Shown: in pieces, positions 52,501 to 64,000 of the stretch | Layout of the letters: every line of letters begins with the position of its first letter | Position numbering within the stretch: position 1 is the stretch's first letter | Assembly (NCBI GenBank): GCA_047967505.1 | Contig: CM106538.1 | DNA: 64,000 bases | Source: Dipteris shenzhenensis | Lineage: Eukaryota | Reading direction: 5' to 3' (one strand) | Notes under the pieces: generated by a model | Seen by the model: the letters and a program-made list of their open reading frames with translations, nothing else | What the model was told of the DNA's origin: nothing | Databases searched by the model: none | Translations under genes and position numbers: made by a program

Positions 52501-55500
52501 GCTCGATCGGATAACACACCTAGCAGCGTGTTTTTTTACAGATGTGCATGACACTAGAGCAAAAATAGTATTTAATGCTCGATCACCTAGGTTAAGGTGT
52601 ACGAAAAGTATTGTGCCCATCGGATATGCTTTGCATGGTCGATCGAGCATTAAATACTATTTTTGCTCTAGTGTCATGCACATCCATAAAAAAACACGCT
52701 GCTAGGTGTGTTATCTGATCAAGCACTTATGCGATGGGGGTGCCACTTTGCATGTAAGTCAATTCCTTCTAGTTGAAGGTGTGTGCAAAGTATTGTGCCC
52801 ATCGGATATGCTTTTCATTTTCGATCAAGCATAAAACACCGTTTTTGCCTTAATGTCATGCACAACCATATAAAAACACGGCCGTAGGTGTGTTATTCAA
52901 ATAAGTACTTATCCGATGGGGGCTCTACTTTGCACACACATCTTTTTCAACTACGTTGAGGTGCGTGCAAAGTATTGTCACCATCGGATATGCCTTGCAT
53001 GGTCGATCACGCATTATACACCATTTTTTCCCTAGTGATATGGACATCTGCAAAAAAACACGCCATTAGGTGTGTTATCTGACCAAGTACTTATCGGATG
53101 GGTGTGCCTCTTTGAGAACATTTCAATACCACCTAGGTTGATGTGTACGAAAAGTGTTGTGCCCATCGGATATCCTTTGCATGGTCGATCGAGCATTAAA
53201 TACTATTTTTGCTCTAGTGTCATGCACATCCGTAAAAAAACACGCTGCTAGGTATGTTATCCGATCAAGCACTTATGGGATGGGTGTGCCACTTTGCATG
53301 TAAGTCAATTCCACCTAGTTAAAGGTGTGTGCAAAGTATTGTGCCCATCGGATCTGCTTTGCATTGTTGATCAAGCATAAAACACCGTTTTTGCCTTAGT
53401 GTCATGCACAACCATGAAAAAACACGGTCCTAGGTGTGTTATTCAAACAAGTACTTATCGGCTCGGGGCTCCACTTTGCACGCATGTCTGTTTTAACCAC
53501 GTTGAGGTCTGTGCAAAGTATTGTCACCATCGGATATGATTTGCATGGTCGATCACGCATTATACACCGTTTTTTCCCTAGTGGTATGCACATCCGCAAA
53601 AAAAAACGCACCTTAACTAGTTGAAACGGACATGCGTGCAAAGTGGAGCCCCCATATGATAAGTACTTGTTTGAATAACACACCTAGGACCATGTTTTTT
53701 CATGGTTGTGCATGACACTAAGGAAAAAATGGTGTTTTATGCTTGATCGACAATGCAAAGCATATTCGATGGGCACAATACTTTGCACACACCTTTAACT
53801 AGGTGGAATTGACTTACATGCAAAGTGGCACGCCCATCCCATAAGTGCTTGATCGGATAACATACCTAGCAGCGTAATTTTATACGAATGTGCATGACAC
53901 TAGAGCAAAAATAGTATTTAATGCTCGATCGACCATGCAAAGGATATCCGATGGGCACAACACTTTTCCTACACGTCAACCTAGGTGGTATTGAAATGTT
54001 CTCAAAGAGGCACACCCATCCGATAAGTACTTGGTCAGATAACACACCTAATGGCGTGTTTTTTTGCGAATGTCCATATCACTAGGGAAAAAATGGTATA
54101 TAATGCGTGATCGACCATGCAAAGCATATCCGATGGTGACAATACTTTCCACACACCTCAACATAGTTGAAATGGACTTGCGTGCAAAGTGGAGCCCCCA
54201 TCCGATAAGTACTTATTTGAATAACACAGCTACGGCCGTGTTTTTATATGGTTGTGCATGACACAAAGGCAAAAACAGTGTTTTATGCTTGATCGACAAT
54301 GCAAAGCATATCTGATGGGCACAATACTTTGCACACACCTAAACGTAGTTGAAACAGACTTGCGTGCAAAGTGGAGCCCCCATCCGATATGTACTTATTT
54401 GAATAACACACCTAGGGCCGTGTTTTTATATGGTTGTGCATGATACAAAGGCAAAAACGGTGTTTTATGCTTGATCGACAATGCAAAGCATATCCGATGG
54501 GCACAACACTTTTCCTACACATCAACCTAGGTGGTATTGAAATGTTCTCAAAGAGGCACACCCATCCGATAAGTACTTGGTCAGATAACACACCTAATGG
54601 CGTGTTTTTTTGCGGATGTCCATATCACTAGGGAAAAAATGGTGTATAATGCGTGATCGACCATGCAAAGCATATCCGATGGTGACAATACTTTGCACAC
54701 ACCTCAACGTAGTTGAAACGGACTTGCGTGCAAAGTGGAGCCCCCATCCGATATGTTTCTATTTGAATAACACAGCTACAGCCGTGTTTTTATATGGTTG
54801 TGCATGACACAAAGGCAAAAACGGTGTTTTATGCTTGATCGACAATGCAAAGCATATCCGATGGGCACAATACTTTGCACACACCTTCAACTAGGTGGAA
54901 TTGACTTACATGCAAAGTGGCATTCCCATCGCATAAGTACTTGATTGGATAACACACCTAGCAGCGTGTTTTTTTATGGATGTGCATGACACTAAGGCAA
55001 AAATGGTATTTAATGCTCGATGGACCATGCAAAGCATATCCGATGGGCAAAATACTTTTCCTACACCTTAACCTAGGTGGTATTGAAATGTTCTCAAAGA
55101 GCACACCCATCCAATAAGTACTTGGTCAGATAACATACCTAAGGGCATGTTTTTTTGCGGATGTGCATATCACTACGGGAAAAACGTTGTATAATGCGTA
55201 ATCGACCATGCAGAGCATATCCGATGGTGACAATACTAGTTGAAATGGACTTGCGTGCAAACTGGAGCCCCCATCTGATTAGTACTTGTTTGATTAACAC
55301 ACTTAGGACCGTGTTTTTTCATGGTTGTGCATGACACAAAGGCAAAAACGGTGTTTTATGCTTGATCAACAATGCAAAGCATATCCGATGGGCACAATAC
55401 TTTGCACACACGTTCAACTAGGTGGAATCGACTTCCATGCAAAGTGGCACGCCCATCCCATAAGTGCTTGATCGGATAACATACCTAGCAGCGTGTTTTT

Positions 55501-58500
55501 TTACAGATGTGCATGACACTAGAGCAAAAATAGTATTTAATGCTCGATCGACCATGCACATGTTTTTTTGCGGATGTGCATATCACTACGGGAAAAACGT
55601 TGTATAATGCGTAATTGACCATGCAGAGCATATCCGATGGTGACAATACTTTGCACGCATCTCAAGCTAGTTGAAACGGACTTGCGTGCAAACTGGAGCC
55701 CCCATCCGATAAGTACTTGTTTGATTAACACACTTAGGACCGTGTTTTTTCATGGTTGTGCATGACACTAAGGCAAAAACGGTGTTTTATGCTTGATCGA
55801 CAATGCAAAGCATATCCGATGGGCACAATACTTTGCACACACCTTCAACTAGGTGGAATTGAATTACATGCAAAGTGGCACACCCATCCCATAAGTGCTT
55901 GATCGGATAACATACCTAGCAGCATGTTTTTTTTACGGATGTGCATGACACTAGAGTAAAAATAGTATTTAATGCTCGATCGACCATGCAAAGGATATCT
56001 GATTGGCAAAATACTTTTCCTACACCACAACCTAGGTGGTATTGAAATGTTCTCAAAGAGGCACACCCATCTGATAAGTACTTGGTCAGATAACACACCT
56101 AAGGGCGTGTTTTTTTGCGGATGTGCATACCACTAGGGAAAAAACGGTGTATAATGCGTGATCGACCATGCAAATCATCTCCGATGGTGAGAGTACTTTG
56201 CACACACCTCAACGTAGTTGAAACGGACTTGCGTGAAAAGTGGAGCCCCCATCCGATAAGTACTTGTTTGAATAACACACCTAGGACCGTGTTTCTTCAT
56301 GGTTGTGCATGACACTAAGGCAAAAACGGTGTTTTATGCTTGATCGACAATGCAAAGCATATCCAATGGGCACAATACTTTGCACACACCTTTAAATAGG
56401 TGGAATTGACTTACATGCAAAGTGGCACGCCCATCCCATAAGTGCTTGATCGGATAACATACCTAGCAGCGTGTTTTTTTACGGATGTGCATGACACTAT
56501 AGCAAAAATAGTATTTAATGCTCGATCGACCATGCAAAGGATATCCGATGGGCACAACACTTTCGTACACCTCAACCTAGGTGGTATTGAAATGTTCTCA
56601 ATGAGGCACACCCATCTGATAAGTACTTGGTCAGATAACACACCTAATGGCGTGTTTTTTTGCGGATGTCCATATCACTAGGGAAAAAATGGTGTATAAT
56701 GCGTGATCGACCATGCAAAGCATATCCGATGGTGACAATACTTTTCATGCACCTCAACGTAGTTGAAACGGACTTGCGTGCAAAGTGGAGCCCCCATCTG
56801 ATAAGTACTTATTTGAATAACACACCTACGGCCGTGTTTTTATATGGTTGTGCATGACACAAAGGCAAAAACAGTGTTTTATGCTTGATCGACTATGCAA
56901 AGCATATCCGATGGGCACAATACTTTGTACACACCTTCAACTAGGTGGATTTGACTTACATGCAAGGTGGCATTCCCATCGCATAAGTACTTGATCGGAT
57001 AACACACCTAGCAGCGTGTTTTTTTACGGATGTGTATGACACTAAGGTAAAAATGGTATTTAATGCTCGATCGACCATGCAAAGCATATCCGATGCGCAC
57101 AATACTTTTCCTACAGCTTAACCTAGGTGGTATTGAAATGTTCTCAAAGAGGCACACCCATCCGATAAGTACTTGGTCAGATAACATACCTAAGGGCATG
57201 TTTTTTTGTCGATGTGCATATCACTATGGGAAAAACGTTGTATAATGCGTAATCGACCGTGCAGAGCATATCCGATGGTGACAATACTTTGCACGCATCT
57301 CAACCTAGTTGAAACGGACTTGCGTGCAAACTGGAGCCCCCATCCGATAAGTACTTGTTTGATTAACACACTTAGGACCGTGTTTCTTCATGGTTGTGCA
57401 TGAAACTAAGGCAAAAATGGTATTTTATGCTTGATCGACAATGCAAAGCATATCCGATGGGCACAATACTTTGCACATAGCTTCAACTAGGTGGAATTGC
57501 CTTACATGCAAAGTGGCACTCCCATCCCATAAGTTCTTGATCGGACAACATACCTAGCAGCGTGTTTTTTTACGGATGTGCATGACACTAGAGCAAAAAT
57601 AGTATTTATTGCTCGATCGATCATGCAAAGGATATCCGATGGGCACAACACTTTTTGTATGCCTCAACCTAGGTGGTATTGAAATGTTCTCAAAGAGGCA
57701 CACCCATCCGATAAGTACTTGGTCAGATAACACACCTAAGGGCGTGTTTTTTTGTGGATATGCACATCACTAGAGAAAAAATGGTTTATAAGCCGTGATC
57801 GACCATGCAAAGCATATCCGATGGTGACAATACTTTGCACACACCTCAAACTATGTAGTTGAAAGGGACTTGCGTGCAAAGTGGAGCCCCCATCCGATAA
57901 GTACTTGTTTGAATAACACACCTAGGACTGTGTTTTTTCATGTTTGTGCATGACACTAAGGCAAAAACAGTGTTTTATGCTTGATCCAAAATGCAAAGCA
58001 TATCCGATGGGCACAATACTTTACACACACCTTCAACCAGGTGGAATTGACTTACATGCAAAGTGGCATTCCCATCGCATAAGTACTTGATCGGATAACA
58101 CACCTAGTAGCATGTTTTTTTTACGGATGTGCATGACACGAGCAAAAATAGTATTTAATGCTCGATTGACCATGCAAAGCATATCCGATGGGAACAATAC
58201 TTTTCCTACGCCTTAACCTAGGTGGTATTGAAATTTTGTCAAAGAGGCACACCCATCCGCCGATAAGTAGTACTTGGTTAGATAATACCTAAGGGCGTGT
58301 TTTTTTGCAGATGTGCATATCACTATGGGAAGAACGTTGTATAATGCGTAATCGACCATGGAGAGCATATTCGATGGTGACAATACTTTGCACACATCTC
58401 AACCTAGTTGAAACGGACTTGCGTGAAAAGTGGAGCCCCCATCCAATAAGTACTTGTTTGATTAACACACTTAGGACCGTGTTTTTTCATGGTTGTGCAT

Positions 58501-58776
58501 GACACTAAGGCAAAAACGGTGTTTTATGCTTGATCGACAATGCAAAGCATATCCGATGGGCACAATACTTTGCACACACCTTCAACTAGGTGGAATTGAC
58601 TTACATGCAAAGTGGCACACCCATCCCATAAGTGCTTGATTGGATACCATACCTAGCAGGCTCGTGTTTTTTTATGGATGTACATGACACTAGAGCAAAA
58701 ATAGTATTTAATGCTCGATCGACCATGCAAAGGATAACTTGGTATGTCCATCTGATGAGTACTTGATCGGATAACT
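49546..58776 (+). repeat. 182-bp satellite array (~50 monomers) with 546-bp higher-order repeat and an internal inversion
   Basis: Equivalent spurious ORFs recur 545-546 bp apart (51077/51623, 54064/54610, 56115/56660/57206); about 52585-53610 is reverse-complemented. Confidence 0.95.
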
Positions 58777-58871
58777 TCTGCCACCAATAAATTAAGTACT
58801 AACTCAATATTATTATAAATGAGTAGATTATTAAAAAGAGACTAATATTTATGTAATTGTTGCTACTGCAG

Positions 58872-61800
58872 CTTGCTTGCGAAGGTCTCTCACAAAGGAG
58901 ATGGCTATAGATTTTTTTCCAGGGATGGATGTGATTTTATGTAGCAAAAGAGTAGTTGCATTTGCTACAATCCATGATAGTGATCCCAATTCAGTTTGCC
59001 ACTTTCGAAGACTTGGCGAAGATAAGGTGGCAGTTACTGTATCAAAGATTCTTAGCGCACATGTTGAGCTAAAGTATAAATGTGGAGATATGGAAACACT
59101 TGGAGATGTTATGCCCTACAATACATCCAACAAATCATTTATAGCATGCAACAGACATTATCAAGAATACAAAGTGCACCACCTTGGATTTTACTATAGG
59201 GGACATTTTACAAATGAGATCATTTGCAAATAAGACTGTAGCAGAAGGTGAAGTATTGGGATTTGAACAAGTGGAGCAATGGTCATTTGCACAGATGAGG
59301 ATTCTAAAAGTCACTGATGATGGTATGGTTGATAACATAACATCATTTTGTGATCCCTACTATGAGGTAGGCAAGAATATGAGATGGAGCATGCAATTTT
59401 TAAACATGAGAAAGAGGCACGTGGTTTTCAATGATAAAGACAAGGTATACTACAATATCAAAGGACCTAAAAAGCGTGCCCATGTGCCAGGCTCTATCAC
59501 TTCAAATGTGGATGATTTCAATATACTCAATTATAGAAGTGACATCTTATCTGGAGTGGATGAGTTCATTGGTTCCGAGAAACAAAATGATTTTAGAAGC
59601 GAAGCCTTATCTGGGGTGGATGAATTCTTGCACAGTGAGAAGGGCAAAGGTTTCAATAGTGATGTCTTGTCAAGTGTGGATGAGTTCATGCATATTAACA
59701 AACCTGGTGTCAATCAAGCTTGTGGATTTGTGACAGCCATGCAAGATGTCCCAATGAGTGATGTTCTCTCAGGAGTGGAAGAGTTTCAAGGTTCTCAATA
59801 CTCTCGTAGAATATTGAATTCATTGAATGGTCCTAAGAGTATGTTAAAAATGAGGATGAGATCAACAGAGGATTATTCAATATTTAACTTTGATTGTGAT
59901 ATGGACAAGGATGCAACGACCAATCATGGATGCTTGGTTACAAACAAATGTGAGGAGAAGAAGTGCATAAATACAGATAACAACGTGCACGAGGAACGAA
60001 AACGGTCATACATATGCATGAAGAGAAAGTGAATCCAGGCAGATCCACAAAAGCAACCAAAGAGGAAGAGAGTAATGAAGGAGGAGAACATGTTAAATGC
60101 ATTGGGATATCTATGTTGCAAGCGAAGATGTATGCACTTCATTGATCCTGCAGACATCAGGGAATGTAGAGGACACGTGTGGCAAAGAAGAGAAAGCAAA
60201 AGAAATGAATACCTTCTCAAAAGTCTCTCTTGCTTTCTTCAGTATGGCAATAAAAGGCTAAGTTCAAGGCAAAAGGTAAAACCTCTCGTAAATGGAAAAA
60301 GGATTTGCAATAAGGCATATCACAATATTACTGGATTATCCCATAGTACATATTGGGATTTAGTCAGCAAGGCAAAGGGCGGCAACAAATTTAGCATTCA
60401 CGGTAATAGAGGAAGGTCCAAATCAAGAATCTCAACTGTCAGGGCAGTAGCAATTTTGCAAGACTTCATACATGAAAATGCTTTACCTCAACCCCATATA
60501 TCTACCAAACTCCCTAACGGTGATGCGATCACTGAAATGCACCTTCCAATGGGCTTGACAAAGCTCGAAGTATTTGACTCTATTGCAGAAAAGCAAAGGC
60601 AAAGAGGGGATGCCGTAGCTTCTTCTCATACTTTGTATACTCTTTGGAAGAAGAACTTTGGATATGTTAAAATACAAAGGAGGCAAAAAATGTCAAAGTG
60701 CAATGTCTGTGATGATTTAAAGCGAGCGATTGAGAGTGCAACATGTCCAAATCAAAGGGAATTATACAAAAAAAACCAAAAATCTCATCATGACCTTATT
60801 CGACATTCTAGACAAAAATATGCATTTTGGAAGGAGCAAGCTATTTCGCATCCCGATGACTACATGTGCCTTATTGTAGATGGCATGGATCAGAATACAA
60901 CAACATTGCCTCGTTTTGTTGCCACTCCACCTAAATTACAAGAAAGCACTTTCTAAAGACACATCTATGTGGAGTGTTAGTGCATGGAATTAAGTTCTTT
61001 GCAGATATATGGATTGATTCCTTGCATCTACATGATAGCAATCAAGTTGTAACATCTATTATGAAGGCAATTCGCAATGTACATGCAGAAAAAGGTCGCC
61101 TACCACCGACTTTGAGAATACAAGCTGATAATTGCTGGCGAGAAAATAAGAATGTACTCATGTTTGCATTCTGCTCCATGCTAGTTGCTCATCGAATCTT
61201 CAATGAGGTCGAATGTGGATTTTTGTATGTTGGGCATACACATGAGGATATCGATCCGGTTTTTAGCACAGTCTCAAGGGAGCTTAAATGCAAGGATGTG
61301 GAGACAATAGATGACTTGGTAAGAAGATGTGGTAGGCAAGTTGGTGGTCATAAGGAAAGTATAGTATGTGAGAGGCTCGAAAGAATGTATGATTGGAAGA
61401 GCTTCATTCTACCTTTCATACAAACAGGTGGTGATGCATTGACAGGTCATACCAATCCACACTACTTTCATTTTTTTTAAAAAGATGAAAAACCCATAAT
61501 GCAATGGCAACAGTATTCTCATGATACAAAATGGGAACCTGAAGAACCTTACAGTCTCTTAACTTCAATTCCCAGCAAGGAAAGGTATCCAACATGGGCT
61601 CCTATACAAGAATTCAATGAGAGGTCTAACTGTGAAATAGAAGGATTAAAAGCATTTATTACATACAAAGAGGAAATGCTCCGGAGATATCCTGATTCGA
61701 AGCCTACTTGGAGAGAACACACTACCACTGTAATTAACAAGACACGAAATTTAATAAAGGACCTTGAGAGAATGCGAGGCTCAAAGGATTTCAAGGAAGA

Positions 61801-62347
61801 ATGCAATATGTTTTGGCCAAATGTTCATAACGATTTGCGCCCAGCTCCAGTCTTTGAAAATGAATTTGTATCATTACTCCCACGTCCATATTGTGGACCG
61901 AAGAAGAAAGAGTTTATGCCACAAGTAGATATAGAGGTCGATTGTTTTGTTGTGGTTCGGCCATCGGATGATGAATATGAGAATGCGAAGTTTTGGGTTG
62001 CAAAAGTAGTTGATGTGCAAAGAGATGACCAAGGGAGAGCTACAACATTTATAGCGGTATGGTATGAGCCAAAGGGCAGGAAGGAGAATATGGATAACAA
62101 CACATTGTATACTAATTGTATAATGAAGGAGTGGGTCCCAAATGATGAAGCGGTCTCTCAAGTTTTGACGGAGACAATCATAGTGTCTTGGCATTCAAGG
62201 GCAAAGAAATCAAAGAAGTGCATGGGATATGAGGTAGAAGGAAAAATAAAAATACCACAGCAAACTATTTTGCATATACACGAATTTTTAAGGATGCTCG
62301 CCATGGAGGAAGTAGAAGGAGATAGCGCAAATGAAGAATATCCATGA
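58872..62347 (+). pseudogene. Sola-like DDD/E transposase pseudogene, copy 3 (best preserved)
   Basis: About four lesions (near 59150, TGA at 60030, near 60945, near 61478); same motifs as copies 1 and 2. Confidence 0.88.
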
Positions 62348-62459
62348 TTAAAGCTTTGTATTGAAGTCCATTGAAGGATTTTATTTGGGTACTAGGCAAG
62401 AAGCCAATCCAAGACAATTATAATCAGAGTCATCACCTCCTATGTCAAATGAGAGTCAA

Positions 62460-62875
62460 AATATGCACTGGATGTCACCCAAGGGTCAAGGCTTGCCAAG
62501 ACAATAGGGAGTTAATGCAGATGGCACTTGGCAAGGGACTATCACATTGAGCAATAAGACAATGGGGAGTCAATGCACCCAAGGGGCAAGGCTTGGCAAG
62601 ATAACTTGTGGGAGTTAATGCAGATGGCACCTGTATTTTGCACTGGATGTCACCCAAGGGTCAAGGCTTGGCAAGACAATAGGGAGTTAATGTAGATGGC
62701 ACCTGGCAAGGGACTATCGCATTGAGCAATAAGACAATGGGGAGTCAATGCACCCAAGGGGCAAGGCTTGGCAAGACAAGTGGGAGTCAAATTATGCACA
62801 TGGCACCTGGCAAGGGACTGTCGTGACATTGAGCAATAAGACAATGGGGAGTCAAATTATGCAGATGGCATGAAT
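62460..62875 (+). repeat. Subterminal tandem repeat of copy 3
   Basis: Expanded version of 7610-7835. Confidence 0.85.
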
Positions 62876-64000
62876 TGAGGCTCTTTAAGAGCAACAATTT
62901 AAATTGTAACATATGTTCAATATAAAGACTCTAGCTGAGAGCAACGTCTCTCAATGTAATCATATAATAATAGCTATAATTGCTATCATACCTCTTTGGT
63001 TCAATACAAAACTTGGGTCTTATGGCATCATGTCTTTTTTCTATTTATTAAAAGTTTTAAAAATTTTGTGCATATTGCGAGTGACAATGTTATTTTCATG
63101 AAATATTTAAGTCTCCTTTCATGGATTTATAAATTTATCACGTCAAGGAAAAATATTAAAAATAATTAAATTAACAAATAACTTAGATATAGCTAGAATT
63201 TCTAATATAGGATTATTTCAAATTCTTGCATGTTGGTGCAAAAGTATAGATTGAAAAAACAATATTTTTATGTGAATATGATAGTGCCACAAAGTGAACT
63301 TTTGATATGGGAAGAATATTTTCAGAAAGTAAAATTTTGATTTGGGAAGGATATTTTCACAAAGTAAAGTTTTCATTTGGGAAGGATTTTTGGGCTTCGT
63401 CCAAAAACAACACAAAAGTTCCAAAATTAATGAAATAGGTGTTAAAAGAAGGACTACAATTTCCTTGGTTTATGACCAAAATAGTGCTAAAATAACTCCA
63501 ACGATCCCACCATTGTGGTTGCATGGAGATACATCTAGAAAAATACAATTAAAATTTCAAAAAATGCAATTGATGATATGGCCCTTGAGGGGTCCCCTCA
63601 ACATGCCATTTTATCTCGTCACATCCTAGATATTGTATAATGCACATAGGTATGGCCCTCGCCCCTAAAGGGGACCCCTCAAGGGCCATATCATCAATTG
63701 CATTTTGCTTGGTTGCACAATGGAATACATTTTCCTTGGTACACAAATATATAAATCCAAGAAACAGCGTGGTAACTTTCATAGATCTCCTCCCATAATA
63801 CATAAAAATAGGTAACGGAGCTATAACTCCAAGAACTAGCGTAGTGATCTCTCTAAGACAACCTTGAATTCTGGGCAATGACAGGTGGTCATGCCAGAGA
63901 CTATGCTGAGATGATGCTCAGAATGATAGATTGTGTCCCATTATTACGCAAAAAACTAGCATGGTGGTCTCTCTAAGGCAACTTATGATTTGCATGGGCT

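Larger units (their letters stand above)
49546..63443 (+). mobile_element. Sola-like transposon, satellite-bearing subfamily, copy 3 (left end truncated)
   Basis: Satellite-transposase junction matches copy 1; right TIR CCAAAATTAATGAAATAGGTGTT ends at 63443; no left TIR seen upstream of the array. Confidence 0.8.

Noticed and set aside
63444-64000. ORFs 63342-63629 and 63549-63878
   Set aside because: One crosses the transposon terminus and neither has a recognisable domain.

Overview
Repeat-dense eukaryotic DNA from a land plant (Arabidopsis-type TTTAGGG repeats, GT-AG introns, decayed Gypsy/Copia/LINE relics); a fern or other non-flowering plant is an inference. I see no intact host gene. 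The main feature is three same-orientation copies of a large Sola-like DDD/E DNA transposon. The middle copy (17634-36168, about 18.5 kb) is complete, with 26-bp TIRs (AACAC...GTGTT) and a GAAA 4-bp target duplication. It carries four genes, all disrupted: a ~1,200-aa transposase with extra N- and C-terminal domains, a divergent spliced gene with two tandem Ulp1/C48-like protease domains, and two back-to-back paralogous ~140-150-aa ORFs of unknown function. Its core is a 5.7-kb cassette of CT- and CCCACT-rich DNA bracketed by outward-facing telomere arrays, (CCCTAAA)n...(TTTAGGG)n. The other two copies (ending at 8421 and 63443) are a sister subfamily in which the same position holds a 182-bp satellite organised as 546-bp three-monomer higher-order repeats. 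Also present: a kinase pseudogene missed by the ORF track, a second ~185-bp tandem repeat and a MITE. All family calls come from motif recognition by eye, without database searches, and boundaries other than the TIRs/TSDs are approximate.
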